Assembly: GCF_006345805.1 (NCBI RefSeq)
Contig: NC_043001.1
Coordinates: forward strand, 16,678,001-16,742,000
Direction of reading: 5' to 3'
Source of the DNA: Octopus sinensis
Taxonomy: Eukaryota
DNA: 64,000 nt
Shown here: in pieces, positions 25,374 through 38,556 of the stretch
How positions within the stretch are numbered: position 1 is the first letter of the stretch
Layout: every line of letters starts with the position of its first letter
The notes under the pieces: model-generated
Databases searched by the model: none
What the model saw: only the letters and a program-made list of their open reading frames with translations
What the model was told of the DNA's origin: nothing
Position numbers and translations under genes: made by a program

Positions 25374-26110
25374 GCGCGCACGCAGGTCCATAACATATAG
25401 ACGTACATACATATTTCACTTTCTTTCTCTGTACTTTTCGCTTTCTCTTCTTTCAATTTCTGCTCTCTTCAAATAAATTTTTACGGAATGAGCGGAAGAA
25501 ACACAGAAAAGACGTTATCTCTCCATAAACAAGTATAAAGCAAGGAGGATTGTAGAAGACCGAAGGCAAGAGTCTGAAGAGAGATGAGATTTTCTCAAGA
25601 TCAGCAAATGCATGTTCCAACACTTAATACTGGATCATTAAATTAATGTTTTAATGATGAGACAGAGGTCCAGTAGAATAGCTCTCAGAAACAGACTACG
25701 TACAAATTCGTTCTTCACAACTCCTGAAGCTGTTTTCAGATATGATCCATCTCATTCTTATAAAAATGATAACTCTATCCAAATTGGTGTGTCCAAATTC
25801 GAGCTTTAAAATTTTCAACTGAAACAAATGGCATGTGCTGCTCAGGCTGTCATGTAACATTGCCAGCACTACCATCTCCTTCTCAACCTCTTATGGATCT
25901 TCTAGAAGGCATTTCTATCTAGTCAAAAGATTTTCTGAACGATATCAGACAATACAACTCTGCATTTCAAATGACATCGTTTGGTGCATCTAAGAAGATA
26001 AAATTTACGCCGATGTCAAAGTTCAAGGGCAAGTCTATCATCTCATTGGTTCCCCGTTACCCACAAATCAACAACCACAGTTCCTCTAGATTTACTTTAT
26101 AAGTGATGTA
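24900..26110 (+). mobile_element. Helitron remnant: 5' end plus decayed Rep N-terminal coding region
   Basis: 5' TCTATTATATAAAA...tctgtctgt. Positions 25730-26100 translate, with frameshifts and stops, to FRYDPSHSY...ETNGMCC...LPALPSP..PLMDLL...DFLNDIRQYNSAFQMTSFG...KVQGQVYHLIGS.LP....PQFL*IYF, typical of Helitron Rep. Confidence 0.85.
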
Positions 26111-26457
26111 GGATAACAAACCCGAAGACGGTGATAAAATCTCAGATGCTGGGTCGTGTTAGAAACAGCGCTGACTGCTGCAAAAGAGAGTATATCCGCT
26201 GACAGCTTTTCGGTGCGTTCAAAAATCACATAACCCCCCACCTCCAATTTTACATGAAAGGTTAAGGTCCGAAACACTCCAAACGGACGCATAGCATGTT
26301 ACCTAGTCGAATTAGCTCAGCATTTACACCACAAATGTTTTGTTGTCAATGCTGCACTTTCCCATATCACCTGTTTCAATATAACTCTAATATATTATAC
26401 ACAAACAATGCTATTTTAATACTATCTCTTTAATACTATATCTGCTAGTTTGTATGC

Positions 26458-26488
<31 letters not shown>

Positions 26489-26531
26489 TATAATATATAT
26501 ATATATATATATACTACACACACACACACAC

Positions 26532-26597
<66 letters not shown>

Positions 26598-26710
26598 CAT
26601 ATAGATATACATATAGATATATACATATATATACATATATAACATATATATACATGTATATATATATATACACATCCATATATATATATATATTTATACA
26701 CACACACACT

Positions 26711-26780
<70 letters not shown>

Positions 26781-27219
26781 CACACACACAAGGCGCAATG
26801 TGTCGGAATGGTCATAAAGTTAGTTTAGCAACCATGAGGCCTTGTTTTCGAGTGTTCCATTCCGCTCTCAGGCGCTTTGGAAAATTATAATTTTCTATAG
26901 GTTCAGGGAAACCCACACGTTATGAAGGCAGTTAGCTTATGCAAAGAGCCTCGAAACTCATCAGAAGAATTCTAACAGAAAGGTACCGCATTGTTAAATA
27001 CTGTTCAACGTTGTTTCTTAGTACCAGTAAGGGTACTCAGGCCGGTGGAATACTCGCCTACTGACACAGTAATTCAATGAGGCGACAATTCAGTCGATTG
27101 AACACCTGAATAGGGAGTAAAGACTTGTTTTATTTATATTTCCTGAGCGCCATACTAATACAATTGTTCGTTTGTTTTCCACCTGCCTTCGTCTTTTGTT
27201 TATTTCATAAAGCTTCCCG

Positions 27220-27281
<62 letters not shown>

Positions 27282-27381
27282 ACAAGGCAGAAACAAGGAA
27301 AATACCACTTATATTTGAACACTATACAAATATTCCTTTAAAAAAACATTTCTTTTAATTTTTCTAATTTAATTATTTAAT

Positions 27382-27429
27382 CATTACAGTTGAAAAGGTC
27401 TCAAAATGACTGAAACCGGTACTGAAATG
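27382..27429 (+). ncRNA. Minimal type I hammerhead-like motif with a U3-A8 core
   Basis: CAUUACAG-UUGAAAA-GGUC/UCAAAAU/GACU-GAAAC-CG-GU-A-CUGAAAUG; stem I pairs 7/8, stem II is 4 bp, and the triplet is GUA. Confidence 0.6.
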
Positions 27430-27474
27430 TTCTTTATAAAATTATTTTAGCATTTTCTATTTTGACTTATATTT

Positions 27475-27521
<47 letters not shown>

Positions 27522-27686
27522 CAAGTGGTAAATCATTTTACCTTTGCCCATATAATACAGTAAATGAATTGATTGCATCACAATCCTTAACATTTATGTA
27601 TTAACTTTGTTGGGTACTTCACTAGCAGTATATTGGATATATGTTATCCCATGGAGGGTTGCATTTACAACCCCTATCTCAATTTG

Positions 27687-27747
<61 letters not shown>

Positions 27748-28769
27748 CATACAAAGATACACACACACACACACCCATATATATATAATATATATATACA
27801 TATATATATACACATATATGTACACATACGCGCACACACACGCACACACATATATATACATACATATGCATTGTTCATATTTCTACTACACGTTAATCAT
27901 CCGTCTGTTTACCTCTACCCGATGATAACGTAAACTTTACTTAACAAAGAGGTAACACACACGCACACACACACATAAGTAATATGTGTACGTGTGATGC
28001 AATTATGCGAAACTCATTAATGTTTTCGATCAATAGGTTACCTCAACAATACTTCAGTAATCTGCTCTGACCACAGATAAGTAAAAACACAAAAAAAAAA
28101 AAATCCCCATAATTGTAACCTTAATAACAGGACTTTCAAGCTCTTATTGGTGGATAATTAAAGCACATAGATTGATATGCGGATGTTGCTGCGCTTGTAA
28201 TCTTATCCAAACGAACAGATATCATCCTTAACATTCCAGCTTTTAAGCAAAAGATTACTTTCATTTATGCATTTTAAGTTTGTTTTTCGCATGTTTACGT
28301 CTTCAGTTTATCTTGTACTATCTAACGTAAAATCACATCAACTTGTAACCTGTGATATATAATGTTACAAAGCTTTTCGTTAACATTTACCTTTACACTA
28401 AACATTCGCCCCACTCCGCTGTTTCCATATACATACATACACAATTCTTTTCACCTGTTACTCTTTTTATTATATACGCTAATGTTTTAAGTATTATCTT
28501 ATCCTTTTAAAACAAACAAGAAAGTATTTTGTTTTGTTTTGTTTTTTTTGTTTTGTTTTGGGTCAGGGTCCGCTCTGCATTAGTGTGACGTCTATAGGCA
28601 ACCAACCAATCAGAGGTACATTGTCCATTTGCAATTCTGGGTTGTGTTTATACTTCAATCAGTCCGATAGCTATTTGATATTCTGATCTCATGAGAAACT
28701 CACAATGAACAGCCCACACAGAATCAACCCCGCAAAACACACACACACACACATATATATATATATGTA

Positions 28770-28901
<132 letters not shown>

Positions 28902-29594
28902 TATACATATACATTATATGTACATACACACCCATATACGCTTGTATGCATATGTATGTATATCAACATATATATATTGTGCGTGTGAGTATATATATAC
29001 ATATGTATACATACTGGACCGCCGCCTTTAGTTGAACAAGTCGACCCCAGGATGTATTCTTTGTAAGCCTAGTACTTATTCTATCGGTCTCTTTTGCCGA
29101 ACCGCTAAGTTACGGGGACGTAAACACACCAGCATGACTGGAACTGTACAAATCTAAAACCTCCCGGAAGTTTATCATTTAAGTATATATAAGCATGCCT
29201 AGATATCCAACTATATGGATGAGGATACATACATAGAACAAAAACGTACAAATCTACACATATACATACATACCTGTAATTATTGGAGCCCTGTGATATG
29301 TAAATACCAATCTTAAGAAATTATGCTTCTCAAAACCAGAAAGGAGAAAGCTAATTCGAAGACTAATGCAAAAGTAGCGATGCCAAAAGTAAGGCAAACG
29401 AGTGAGGCGATACAGTGTTATAGAAAAGCGAAAGAAAAGCATATAAGCAAAAGAGACGTTTTACTAATGGAGTAGTAAGATTATTGCCTAAGCTTTATTG
29501 AGTTCCCAAGTCGGGCCCGGTAGATTATAATGTTTGGGTAAAATTCTCTGTTTGAGTAAGCAAATACATAACGGTTAGGTTATGGTTGTTAAAA

Positions 29595-29825
29595 GGCGGC
29601 GTTCTGGCAGAAACGTTAGCACGCCAGACGAAATGCTTTGTGGAATTTCGTCCGCCGCTGCGTTCTGAGTTCAAATTCCACCGAGGTCGACTTTGCCTTT
29701 CGTCCTTTCGGGGTCGATAAATTAAGCACCAGTTACGCACTGGGGTCGATGTAATCGACTTAATCCGTTCGTCTGTCCTTGTTTGTTCCCTCTGTGTTTA
29801 GCCCCTTGTGGGTAGTAAAGAAACA
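29595..29825 (+). mobile_element. SINE family B, monomer
   Basis: Head plus one unit ending gtagtaaagaaacag. Confidence 0.85.
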
Positions 29826-30023
29826 GGTGTGGTTGTTCAGTATATTTCATTTTTTCTTGACATAGATTTGCAACCTTATCTCCTAAAGAATGCTGAGGAA
29901 TAGTGTCAGTTCTAACGCAACTGTGTTTGTGGGTAGTCACAAAATTGGGAATGGACCGTAATAATTTAAACGTGAACCGCTGTTTTCCTGCCGGCTCTAA
30001 ATATAATTTTAAAAAGTCGTTTC

Positions 30024-30299
30024 TTGCGGCGGCGGTCTCGTCGGTGCGCTCGCGTCGCGCCGTCGGCCGGCCGGTTTCGACGTCGGGGTGTCGCGCGCGT
30101 TTGCGACGATGAAAAACCGCCACTTCCGTAGTTTCCTCGCTCACTCGATGGAGAAGGGATCGGGCCGTCGCCAAGCGGTGGTTCATTATCTGGGGCGAAG
30201 CGCGCGGTGCATGTCGAGCGCCTTTGCGAGCGCCGACGCAGCCGATGCGCGACCCTTAGTCGAGAACAGTGTCGGTCGGGGAGTTTGACTGGGGCGGTA
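30024..30299 (+). pseudogene. Isolated 28S (LSU) rRNA fragment
   Basis: A GC-rich island ending gcgcgaccc...acagtgtcggtcggggagtttgactggggcggta. It is colinear with the conserved LSU segment (tgaaataccactac ... tctgg..cnaagcg ... GGGGAGTTTGACTGGGGCGGTA, the H80/P-loop region). No other rDNA flanks it. Confidence 0.85.
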
Positions 30300-30788
30300 A
30301 TAATGTAAAAGGTTTCCTGTCAGAATTAACAAATGAATGTCTGAGATTAGAATCACGTCTAGAAATTGTTTGTTGTTGATTCGGTTCTACTTTGCTACAA
30401 TATATTAAATCACTGGCATTACAATTTTCATTGAGCAAAGAGCCTAAAATATAATTCAATTATATCGTTACGTATCTTTTATTTTATTAATCTTTATAAT
30501 TGGTTGATTTTATCGTAGCATTTGTATATTGATATAGTTTTAGAGGCATTCAACTTACTTACCCTTTTTGTTTTAGCTATCTCAATATACTTATTGATGT
30601 TTTATGGTTTCATTCTTGAAATTTCGTTCGAAGATCGAAGTAAATCTCAGAGTCACAAATTTGAAACTTCGACTTCAAGAAACATATTTTGACATTCTAC
30701 TTTCAGTATTGAGTATTCACATTTTCCTTCTTCATTTTTACACTGAGGTCTACATTTAAGTATTTACCAGCTCCATATTAACCAACGT

Positions 30789-31098
30789 GGTGGCACATGG
30801 CATTAGTGGTTAGAGCAGCGGACTCGCGGTCAAGGGATCGCGGGTTCGAATCTCAGAGCGGGCGATGTGAGTGTTTATGAGCGAAACACCTAAGCTCTAC
30901 GCGGCTCCGGCAGAAGGTAATGGCGAACCTCTGCTGAGTCTTTTGTCACAACTTTCTCTCACTCTTTCCTCCTGCATCTAGCAGCTCACTTGCGACGGAC
31001 CGGCGTCCTGTCCAGGTGGGGAACCTATACGCCAAGGAAACCGGGAAACCGGCCCTTATGAGCCAGGCGTGGCCCGAGAAGGAAGGAACAAACAACAA
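30789..31098 (+). mobile_element. Chimeric C/D-type SINE
   Basis: tRNA-like head, a family C-like middle (taagctctacgcggctccggcag), then the V-like core and D-type tail. Confidence 0.7.
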
Positions 31099-31410
31099 TA
31101 TATATAAACCAACATGTCCCGGAGACGATGAGAAGTGATTTGAAAGAGGTTTGGCTGCTGGTATTAATAGCAATCACTATATATGCTCCTTTATTTTATA
31201 TGCTCCTTTATTTTATTCGTCACTGGTCATGGAATAATCAACTACTAAACGAAGAGTCAAAACATAAAGAGCATATAAGTCGAGATGACCAATGAAATTA
31301 ATAAGCGGAACACCTTTTCTTAGCAACAAGCTTAAATATATTTACCTGAATGAATGCTAGGCGTGGGTAATTCGAATAGCGGAGGGGCGATGTGTCAGCT
31401 TCGTACAAAG

Positions 31411-31701
31411 CAGTGGTTCTCAGACTTATTTTGTCGCGGAATCTTTTTTCCACCAACAATTTTTTCAGAAAATGGTGATATAAAGCTATACTTTATGCAC
31501 ATTCCCCTTTACACTAACGGGACATTATATGAAACCCAAAAATATTTTTCGAGAGAGAAATTAATCGTACTAAAAATAACAATAAGATTTTTCAAAGTAG
31601 AAATTTATTATATTTGATAAATGATATTTTTCTTATAAGACGTCTTGTGTCGTGGAAGCTCAGAAAATTTTCAGAGATCCAGTGTGTATTGAGGAACTAT
31701 T
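31411..31701. mobile_element. Possible hAT-type MITE
   Basis: Starts cagtggttctca; a degenerate inverted counterpart (ttgaggaactatt) lies about 290 bp downstream. Confidence 0.35.
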
Positions 31702-31768
31702 CTCTCGTTTGTAAAGCAAAAAGAAGACACACACACACACGATTCTCTCCTTGTTTCTTTCTGTGTTC

Positions 31769-31804
31769 CTTTCTGTGGAAGAGCGTAGGCTCGAAATGTA
31801 AAAG
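31769..31804 (+). ncRNA. Degenerate hammerhead-like motif, sister of 23406-23441
   Basis: CUUU-CUGUGGA-A-GAGC/GUAG/GCUC-GAAAU-GU-A-AAAG. Confidence 0.45.
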
Positions 31805-31896
31805 ACTTTTTCAGTTCTTGAGCGTTATACTAATACATCTGTTTGCTTTCTACACCACCTGTCTTCGTCTTTTGTGTTTTTCATGAATTCTCCCCA

Positions 31897-31935
<39 letters not shown>

Positions 31936-32829
31936 GCACACTCACTCACTGACACACAGACACACACACGTACTTATATGCAAGCGCAGAGCGAAGGTAT
32001 GTAATTGCAAATGTTAAAGATTAGGAAAAAGAATTCTACCGATGGATAAAAAAGAAATCTTCTGCAGATGGAATGTACCAGAATGGAATCGTGCACAGAA
32101 GAATGAATGCATCGCAGTCTCAAAAAGAAAAAAACAAAGCAAAAAAACAAAAAACACAAACACACAAAAGACGCATAAGTCTACGACGATTCAGAAGCGG
32201 TAAAGGAATATTTTTCGTATAAACTTCGAAATGCTTAGTTATGCGGTAAATAGCAATGAAAACACTTGCAACGTTCCACTGCTGACATTTGCTAAGAGAG
32301 AACCAACATACTCTTCTCTTCTTTTGATTCCAGTTAATTCCGACGCTCGCATTTGAAGGTTCTGACGTAATTCTCCTCATAATGAGCTTCTTAATGTTTT
32401 CTTTACCCTTCCTTATCGGTGCATTTGTCGTTATTGTTTAGCACCGGGTTTTCTCTTATGGAACACATGTATGATCAAGGGCGTTCTAATTACGACTATC
32501 CTCCCTCTTCTTTTTTTTTTCTCTGATGAAGGATATGAAGGGCTATCTTTATTGGATGTGTCATTTCCTTTTCTTAAATGGGGGGGTTGTGTGATTTGAG
32601 GGAGATTTTTGGTGGTCGTTGCAAGGGCTGTAGCATTGTACACCATATGGGCTACAAGGAAAGGATTGATGAGTAAGTCGGGAGTGCTTGACTTTTTAGG
32701 ATGGCGGTTGAAAAGGGTGGGTCAGGTAACAAAAGGGTGGCCTAAGAGTGGAATGACTTCCTGAAATTTTTCTTAATAGTCGAGTGACCTCTCTTGCCCG
32801 GTCAAAAAGGGTAAGTTTATACAGCAGTA

Positions 32830-33235
32830 GTTATTTCTTTAATGCCCACAAGAGGCTAAACATAGAGGGGACAAACAAGGACAAGCAAAGGGATTAAGTC
32901 GATTACATAGATTCCCGTGCATAACTGGTACTTATTTAATCGACCCCGAAAGAATGAAAGGTAAAGTCGACCTCGGCGGAATGTGAACTCAGAACGTAGG
33001 TATTTCGCCCGGCATGCAAGCGATTCTTATTTCTTCTTTGCCCACAAGAGGCTAAACATAGAGGGGACAAACAAGGTCAAACAAAGAGATTAAGTCGATT
33101 ACATCGACTCCAGTGCATAACTGGTACTTTTTTAATCGACCCCGAAAGAATGAAAGGTAAAGTCGACCTCGGCGGAATCTGAAATCAGAATGTAAGTATT
33201 TCGCCCGGCGTGCTAACGATTCCACCAGCTCGCTG
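32830..33235 (-). mobile_element. SINE family B dimer, partly deleted
   Basis: Two units, with the head at the right-hand end. Confidence 0.8.
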
Positions 33236-33443
33236 CTCTTTATACAGCAGTAGTGCCACCCAAGATATGGTTGCAACATCTAATGGCTGAAAAGGCGATC
33301 AGTGATTGTGAACACTTAGTAATTGAAGAGATTTTGAGGAGTTGTAGTTTCACGTTGCCCGTGACTAGATTGAGTTGCACTGCACGTGTTCTGTAGTAGT
33401 TCTTTAGCTACATGGAAATTCCAGACCAGTATAGCGTTGACCA

Positions 33444-33752
33444 TGTGGAGGCGCAATGGCCCAGTGGTTAGGGCAGCGGACTCGTGGTCGTTGGATCGCT
33501 GTTTCGATTCCCAGACCGGGCGTTGTGTGTGTTTATTAAGCGAAAACACATAAAAGCTCCACGATGCTCCGACAGGGGATGGTGGCGACCCCTGTTGTAC
33601 TCTTTCGCCACAACTTTCTCTCACTCTCTCTTCCTGTTTCTTGAGTAACTCTGCGATGGGCTGGCGTCCGGTCCAGCTGGGGGGGGACACATACGCCACA
33701 GAAACCGGGAAACCGGGCCCATGAGCCTGGCTAGGCTTGAAAAGGGCGGCGC
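33444..33752 (+). mobile_element. Chimeric SINE: family C 5' half plus family D 3' half
   Basis: Follows family C to caactttctctcactct, then switches to gcgatgggctggcgtccggtccag...cctggctaggcttgaaaagggcg. Confidence 0.8.
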
Positions 33753-33870
33753 TTATCGTTATAGCTTTGACCATGCTGGGTCACAACTGTACCATTGCAT
33801 GAAGTTATTTTGAAATTTCATTTCTTGTTAAACTTAATGTTTATTGTATCGCTGTTTTCTTGTCTCCAAG

Positions 33871-33966
33871 ACATTTCCAAAGCAGACTTGGCGTAGAGAC
33901 GACATGTCATTGATGAGTGATTGGCGACGGAAGGACTTTGATAAACCTCCAAGATTGATTGACTGA
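33871..33966 (+). CDS. Candidate terminal exon, protein unidentified
   Basis: Acceptor tgttttcttgtctccaag| followed by TFPKQTWRRDDMSLMSDWRRKDFDKPPRLID*. Confidence 0.35.
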   Translation, partial: TFPKQTWRRDDMSLMSDWRRKDFDKPPRLID

Positions 33967-34364
33967 GCAAATGATTAATCAAACACTCGATTATATAATT
34001 ATTTAGATGGCTAACCAATTAACTAATAATAATAAAAGAAGTGAAATAAACTTAGTACGTGCATTTATTAATAGCATAATGGCCATCCTAAGATACAACA
34101 AAATATGTCTCAATGTACATGTTTACATTAAAAATCGTGTAAAGCAATTGGTTGCAAAAATTGACGATCTAAAATCTAAGACGTCATTTTATTTAATGAG
34201 TCTTATTTTTTCCTCAGGCCATTTCCTTTTAATGACTTATGTTTTCTTTGCTAGTCTTTATCAGTGAATTTAATGTTATTGGTGTTGTTGTTTAGCCCAT
34301 GGTTAAATTTCACTGAAAAGACTTGTATTCAAAAGGTCATACAGCTATGATAATCCTTTCTACT

Positions 34365-34710
34365 ATAGGCACAAGGCCTGAAATTTTTTGGGAAAGGACC
34401 AGTCGATTACATCAACCGCAGTGTTTCACTGGTAATTAATTTATCGACCCCGAAAGGACGAAAGGCAAAGTCCACCTTGGCGGAATTTGAACTCAGAACG
34501 TAGCGACAGACGAAATACCCCTTTCTTTACAACCCACAAGGGGCTAAACACAAGAAGGACAAACAAGGAGAGCCAAACGGATTAAGTCGATTACATCGAC
34601 GCCAGTGCGTAACTAGTACTTAATTTATCGACCCCGAAAGGATGAAAGGCAAACTCGACCTCACCGGAATTTGAACTCAGAACGTAGCGGCAGACGAAAT
34701 ACTGCTAAGC

Positions 34711-34712
<2 letters not shown>
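34365..34712 (-). mobile_element. SINE family B dimer
   Basis: Two units joined at gaaatacccctttc. Confidence 0.8.
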
Positions 34713-34757
<45 letters not shown>

Positions 34758-36060
34758 GGTCCCGGGTTGAGTCGGGGTTAACCACAGTAAATAAGGTACT
34801 CAATACATAGCAGAGTAAATTAATTTATTTTATAGAAGGAGCTTCTACAGGACTAGAAATGTTTCATTCAAAAGAAATCATCAGGAAACAGTTCTAGTCC
34901 TGTAGAAGCTCCTTCTATAAAATAAATAAATATATATATATATATATGCATATATGTATGTATGCATGCATGCAGCTGTGTATGTTTGTATTTTAAGCAA
35001 TGTAAGCTGAAATGCTAAAGTGTGATTTGAAAGAGATTTGATTCCTATTTCTAGTAGGTCTAGTGACTCCTGTAGGCCCTCCCTCATTGGCTCAAAAGGA
35101 CCACCTATTAAGCATTTTGCTTAGCCGCAGCTTAGTCCTGATCGAGCAGGCTTATGATCAAAGGTTTTCCGAGAGTAACCATCTTGACTGTGAATTTAGT
35201 GAAATTTCTGCTGGTCCTGCAACCACGTCAAGGTTTCCTCGTGGGGCTTTCTGGTTTTGTTGTTGCTCTAGTGATTACTGTTGCAGCTCTTGTTCCCTAG
35301 CTCTAGCTTAGCCCTAATAGAATCATGCTATGTTCAAAGGTGTTCCAAACACTGGCTATAATTTTTTTCTATATAGAACAATACTGTTCAACATGTTCTT
35401 CATTTAGGAGAGTAATTATAAGGAAATTTGGTGGCCATTTCTAGCATATCGAGGGACCATGTTAAAGCTCCGTACCAAACTCATCGAGTTTCCTGTAACT
35501 TAGAAGGGTGGAACTAAAACAGGGTAGGAATTCGATGTTTCTTTCAAAAGTTGGAAACTTGATACGTTATTATAAATACAATATAGAATTCTTTTCACTC
35601 GGAAAAAGTCCTATTTTTGTAGGGGAGGAGTTCAGTCCGTTGAAATTGACTACTGTATTCTTATATTATCGACCCCAGGGAGGTGAACGGCAAAGTCGAT
35701 TCCACTGGGATTTGAATCCAGACAGTTAGGCACCGATATATTTAGATTATGGCATCTGGTACGTAGCCCTACAACCACGGCCCTCTCTATCCCCTTCATA
35801 TAACTTTAAATCCGATGGGAGTGGGGTTCTTACTCCGACAAACCACAGAATAGAACATCTAAAACTGGAGAGATGCGAAACAATAAGGAAATTTCTATGC
35901 GATCGCTCAGCCTCCATGAAATAGCAGCTAAGTATCCCGCATATTACTACCATAAAAGAGAAGAAACTTATTCAGTAATGTAATTCGGTGTTTCATTATA
36001 CCTAACTAAAAATGAAAAAGCTAAGACTGATATGGGGTTAGCACTAAAATCAAAACTGTT

Positions 36061-36453
36061 TCTACTGGTACTTGGACAAATCTTCTGATACTTGGACAAA
36101 TCTACCGTTACTTGGACAAATCTACCGTTACTTGGACAAATCTACTGTTACTTGGACAAATCTGGTACTTGGACAAATCTACTGGTACTTGGACAAATCT
36201 ACTGGTACTTGGACAAATCTGGTACTTGGACAAATCTACTGGTACATGGACAAATCTGGTACTTGGACAAATCTGGTACTTGGACAAATCTACTGGTACT
36301 TGGACAAATCTGGTACTTGGACAAATCTGGTACTTGGACAAATCTACTGGTACTTGGACAAATCTGGTACTTGGACAAATCTACTGGTACTTGGACAAAT
36401 CTACTGGTACTTGGACAAATCTGGTACTTGGACAAATCTGGTACTTGGACAAA
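36061..36453. repeat. Minisatellite of interleaved 20-bp and 17-bp units (21 copies)
   Basis: tct(act)ggtacttggacaaa; 12 long units plus 9 short units give 393 bp, with no spacers. Confidence 0.95.
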
Positions 36454-37164
36454 TCCTCCCTATTTCGCTTCCCAACGTCTTAAAGAAAGGAGAGGGTACA
36501 TGAAATAACCCGATGAAATCACTAGACAAAATAAGATGGGATGATTGTTGCTGGAACGCTTCAGGCCAAAGCACGGAAGAACTGAATAATTCTTTTTCCT
36601 TTTGTCTTTAGACCAGTAAGTTTTAGGGGAGGAAAGAAGACAATTACATCGACTCAAGTGCTCAACTGGTACTTGTTTTATCGAATAAAAAAAAATGGAT
36701 GGCAAAGTCAACCGTGGCGAGGTTTGAGCTCAGCACGTGGAGTCAGAAGAAAGGTCGCAAGTATTTCTGGTGCGGTAATGATTCTGCCAGTTCATGGACT
36801 TAACCTAGGTGTAAATAATTACAAACTATAATAGTACGGACAGGCACCACACTTCCTCTGTCAGCTTGCAGTCATCTACAGAGAAAGAGAGAGAGAGAGG
36901 GGGGGGAGAAGAAAGAGGAAGATTGAGATGGAGGGAAGAAGGAGGAGAAAGCTGGAGAGACAGATTGGCAAGAGAAGAGAGAGGGGTTCGCGGATGGAAA
37001 AACTTCAAGGACAAAGTGTATGAGTGGGGGATAAACAGAGAGGCAGAGGGAAAGAGAGAGAGAGAGAGAGAAGGAGGGTGGAAGGGATGCGGAAACAACC
37101 ATACAGCGAAGGTGAGATAGAAGGAGAGAGACGGAATAGGAAACAGAGACAAAAAGCACAAAAT

Positions 37165-37231
<67 letters not shown>

Positions 37232-37339
37232 CATAGGGTCAAAGACGTACTGCAAAACTGAAATATATAGATAGAGACTGGCAGAGAGAAAGTGATAAGG
37301 AGAGAGAGAGAGAGAGAGATGGAGGGAGACAGAGAGGGA

Positions 37340-37403
<64 letters not shown>

Positions 37404-37654
37404 AAATAAGAGAAATAGAGAGACAGAAGAAAGGGTAGGAACAGAGACATAGTGATGAATTGATAGAGAGACATACACAGAGTGAGAAAGAAAGAGAAAA
37501 AGAGAGAAAGGTAGTAAAAAAAGGGTAGGAAGATAGACCTATAATTAGATAGATAGATAGATAGATAGATAGATATAGATAGATAGATAGATAGATAGAT
37601 ATAGGCAGATAGATAGATAGATAGATGGATAGATAGATAGATAGATAGATAGAT

Positions 37655-37689
<35 letters not shown>

Positions 37690-37690
<1 letters not shown>

Positions 37691-38328
37691 TGTTTCTTTA
37701 TTAGCCACACAGGGCTGCACACAGATAGAACAAATTACAAGGTAGAGCTTTTCTTTTGGGGGTAAAAAAAAAGGGAGTGGTGGTTTTCGATCAAAAGGGA
37801 TCGTAAAAGGAAAGAAAGAGGACTAAAAAAAAGGGAGGGGTTAACAATAAAAATAAAAAAAAATAATAAAAAAAGGTGGGGGGAGAGCAAAAAAATTGAT
37901 CAATAGGGATCGTTATCACAGAAATGTCAATATGAAGTGTAAAGGGGAGAACAGGTGAGGTTTACCCGTGGAAAGAAAAGCCTACGGAAAAGACCACGGT
38001 AACCTCGGTCAATGAAGTCACATGTTATATTTCTTTTTTTTTTTGCAAATAAGCAACTCTCTGTATTAATTTTTATGGTTCATAGAATCATAGTCAAGGT
38101 GGCTTCGTCATTCATACGTGCCATCCTTGCTACATTCACCCATCTTTTTTTAAAACATTCACTAGACAAAACTTGCCTCTCTACTCTCACTTTCCTCTTC
38201 AAGTGATACTTGAAGAAGTTGATGAGAGATTGACCAGAGAGGAAAGTGTTTGTCTCTAATCCTTTCAGGCGCGTCCACCAGATACATTCTTTCGCCATAG
38301 CCACAAGTATGATAAAAATAGCTCTTCC
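37690..38328 (-). mobile_element. L1/Tx1-clade LINE, 5'-truncated (ORF2 C-terminus plus 3' UTR)
   Basis: [23 protein letters not shown]...FFKYHLKRKVRVERQVLSSECFKKRWVNVARMAR resembles Tx1 ORF2 ends. The 3' UTR ends in AATAAA followed by (ATCT)n. Confidence 0.75.
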
Positions 38329-38355
38329 TTAGATAGATAGATAGATAGATGGATG

Positions 38356-38447
<92 letters not shown>

Positions 38448-38486
38448 TAGATAGATAGATAGATGGATGGATGGATGGATAGATAA

Positions 38487-38556
<70 letters not shown>

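Noticed and set aside
28580-28620. Promoter-like TGACGT plus CCAAT cluster
   Set aside because: Short motifs are expected by chance in 64 kb, and no transcription start or linked gene is established.
32333-32440. Hydrophobic exon-like segment LIPTLAFEGSDVILLIMSFLMFSLPFLIGAFVVIV* (similarly 35150-35300)
   Set aside because: T-rich DNA yields F/L/V/I-rich peptides by chance, and there is no recognisable family or partner exon.
32520-32555. CTGATGA followed by a paired stem
   Set aside because: There is no GAAA or stem III downstream.
36061-36453. CRISPR-like appearance of short regular repeats
   Set aside because: The units abut directly with no unique spacers, no cas genes are present, and the context is eukaryotic.
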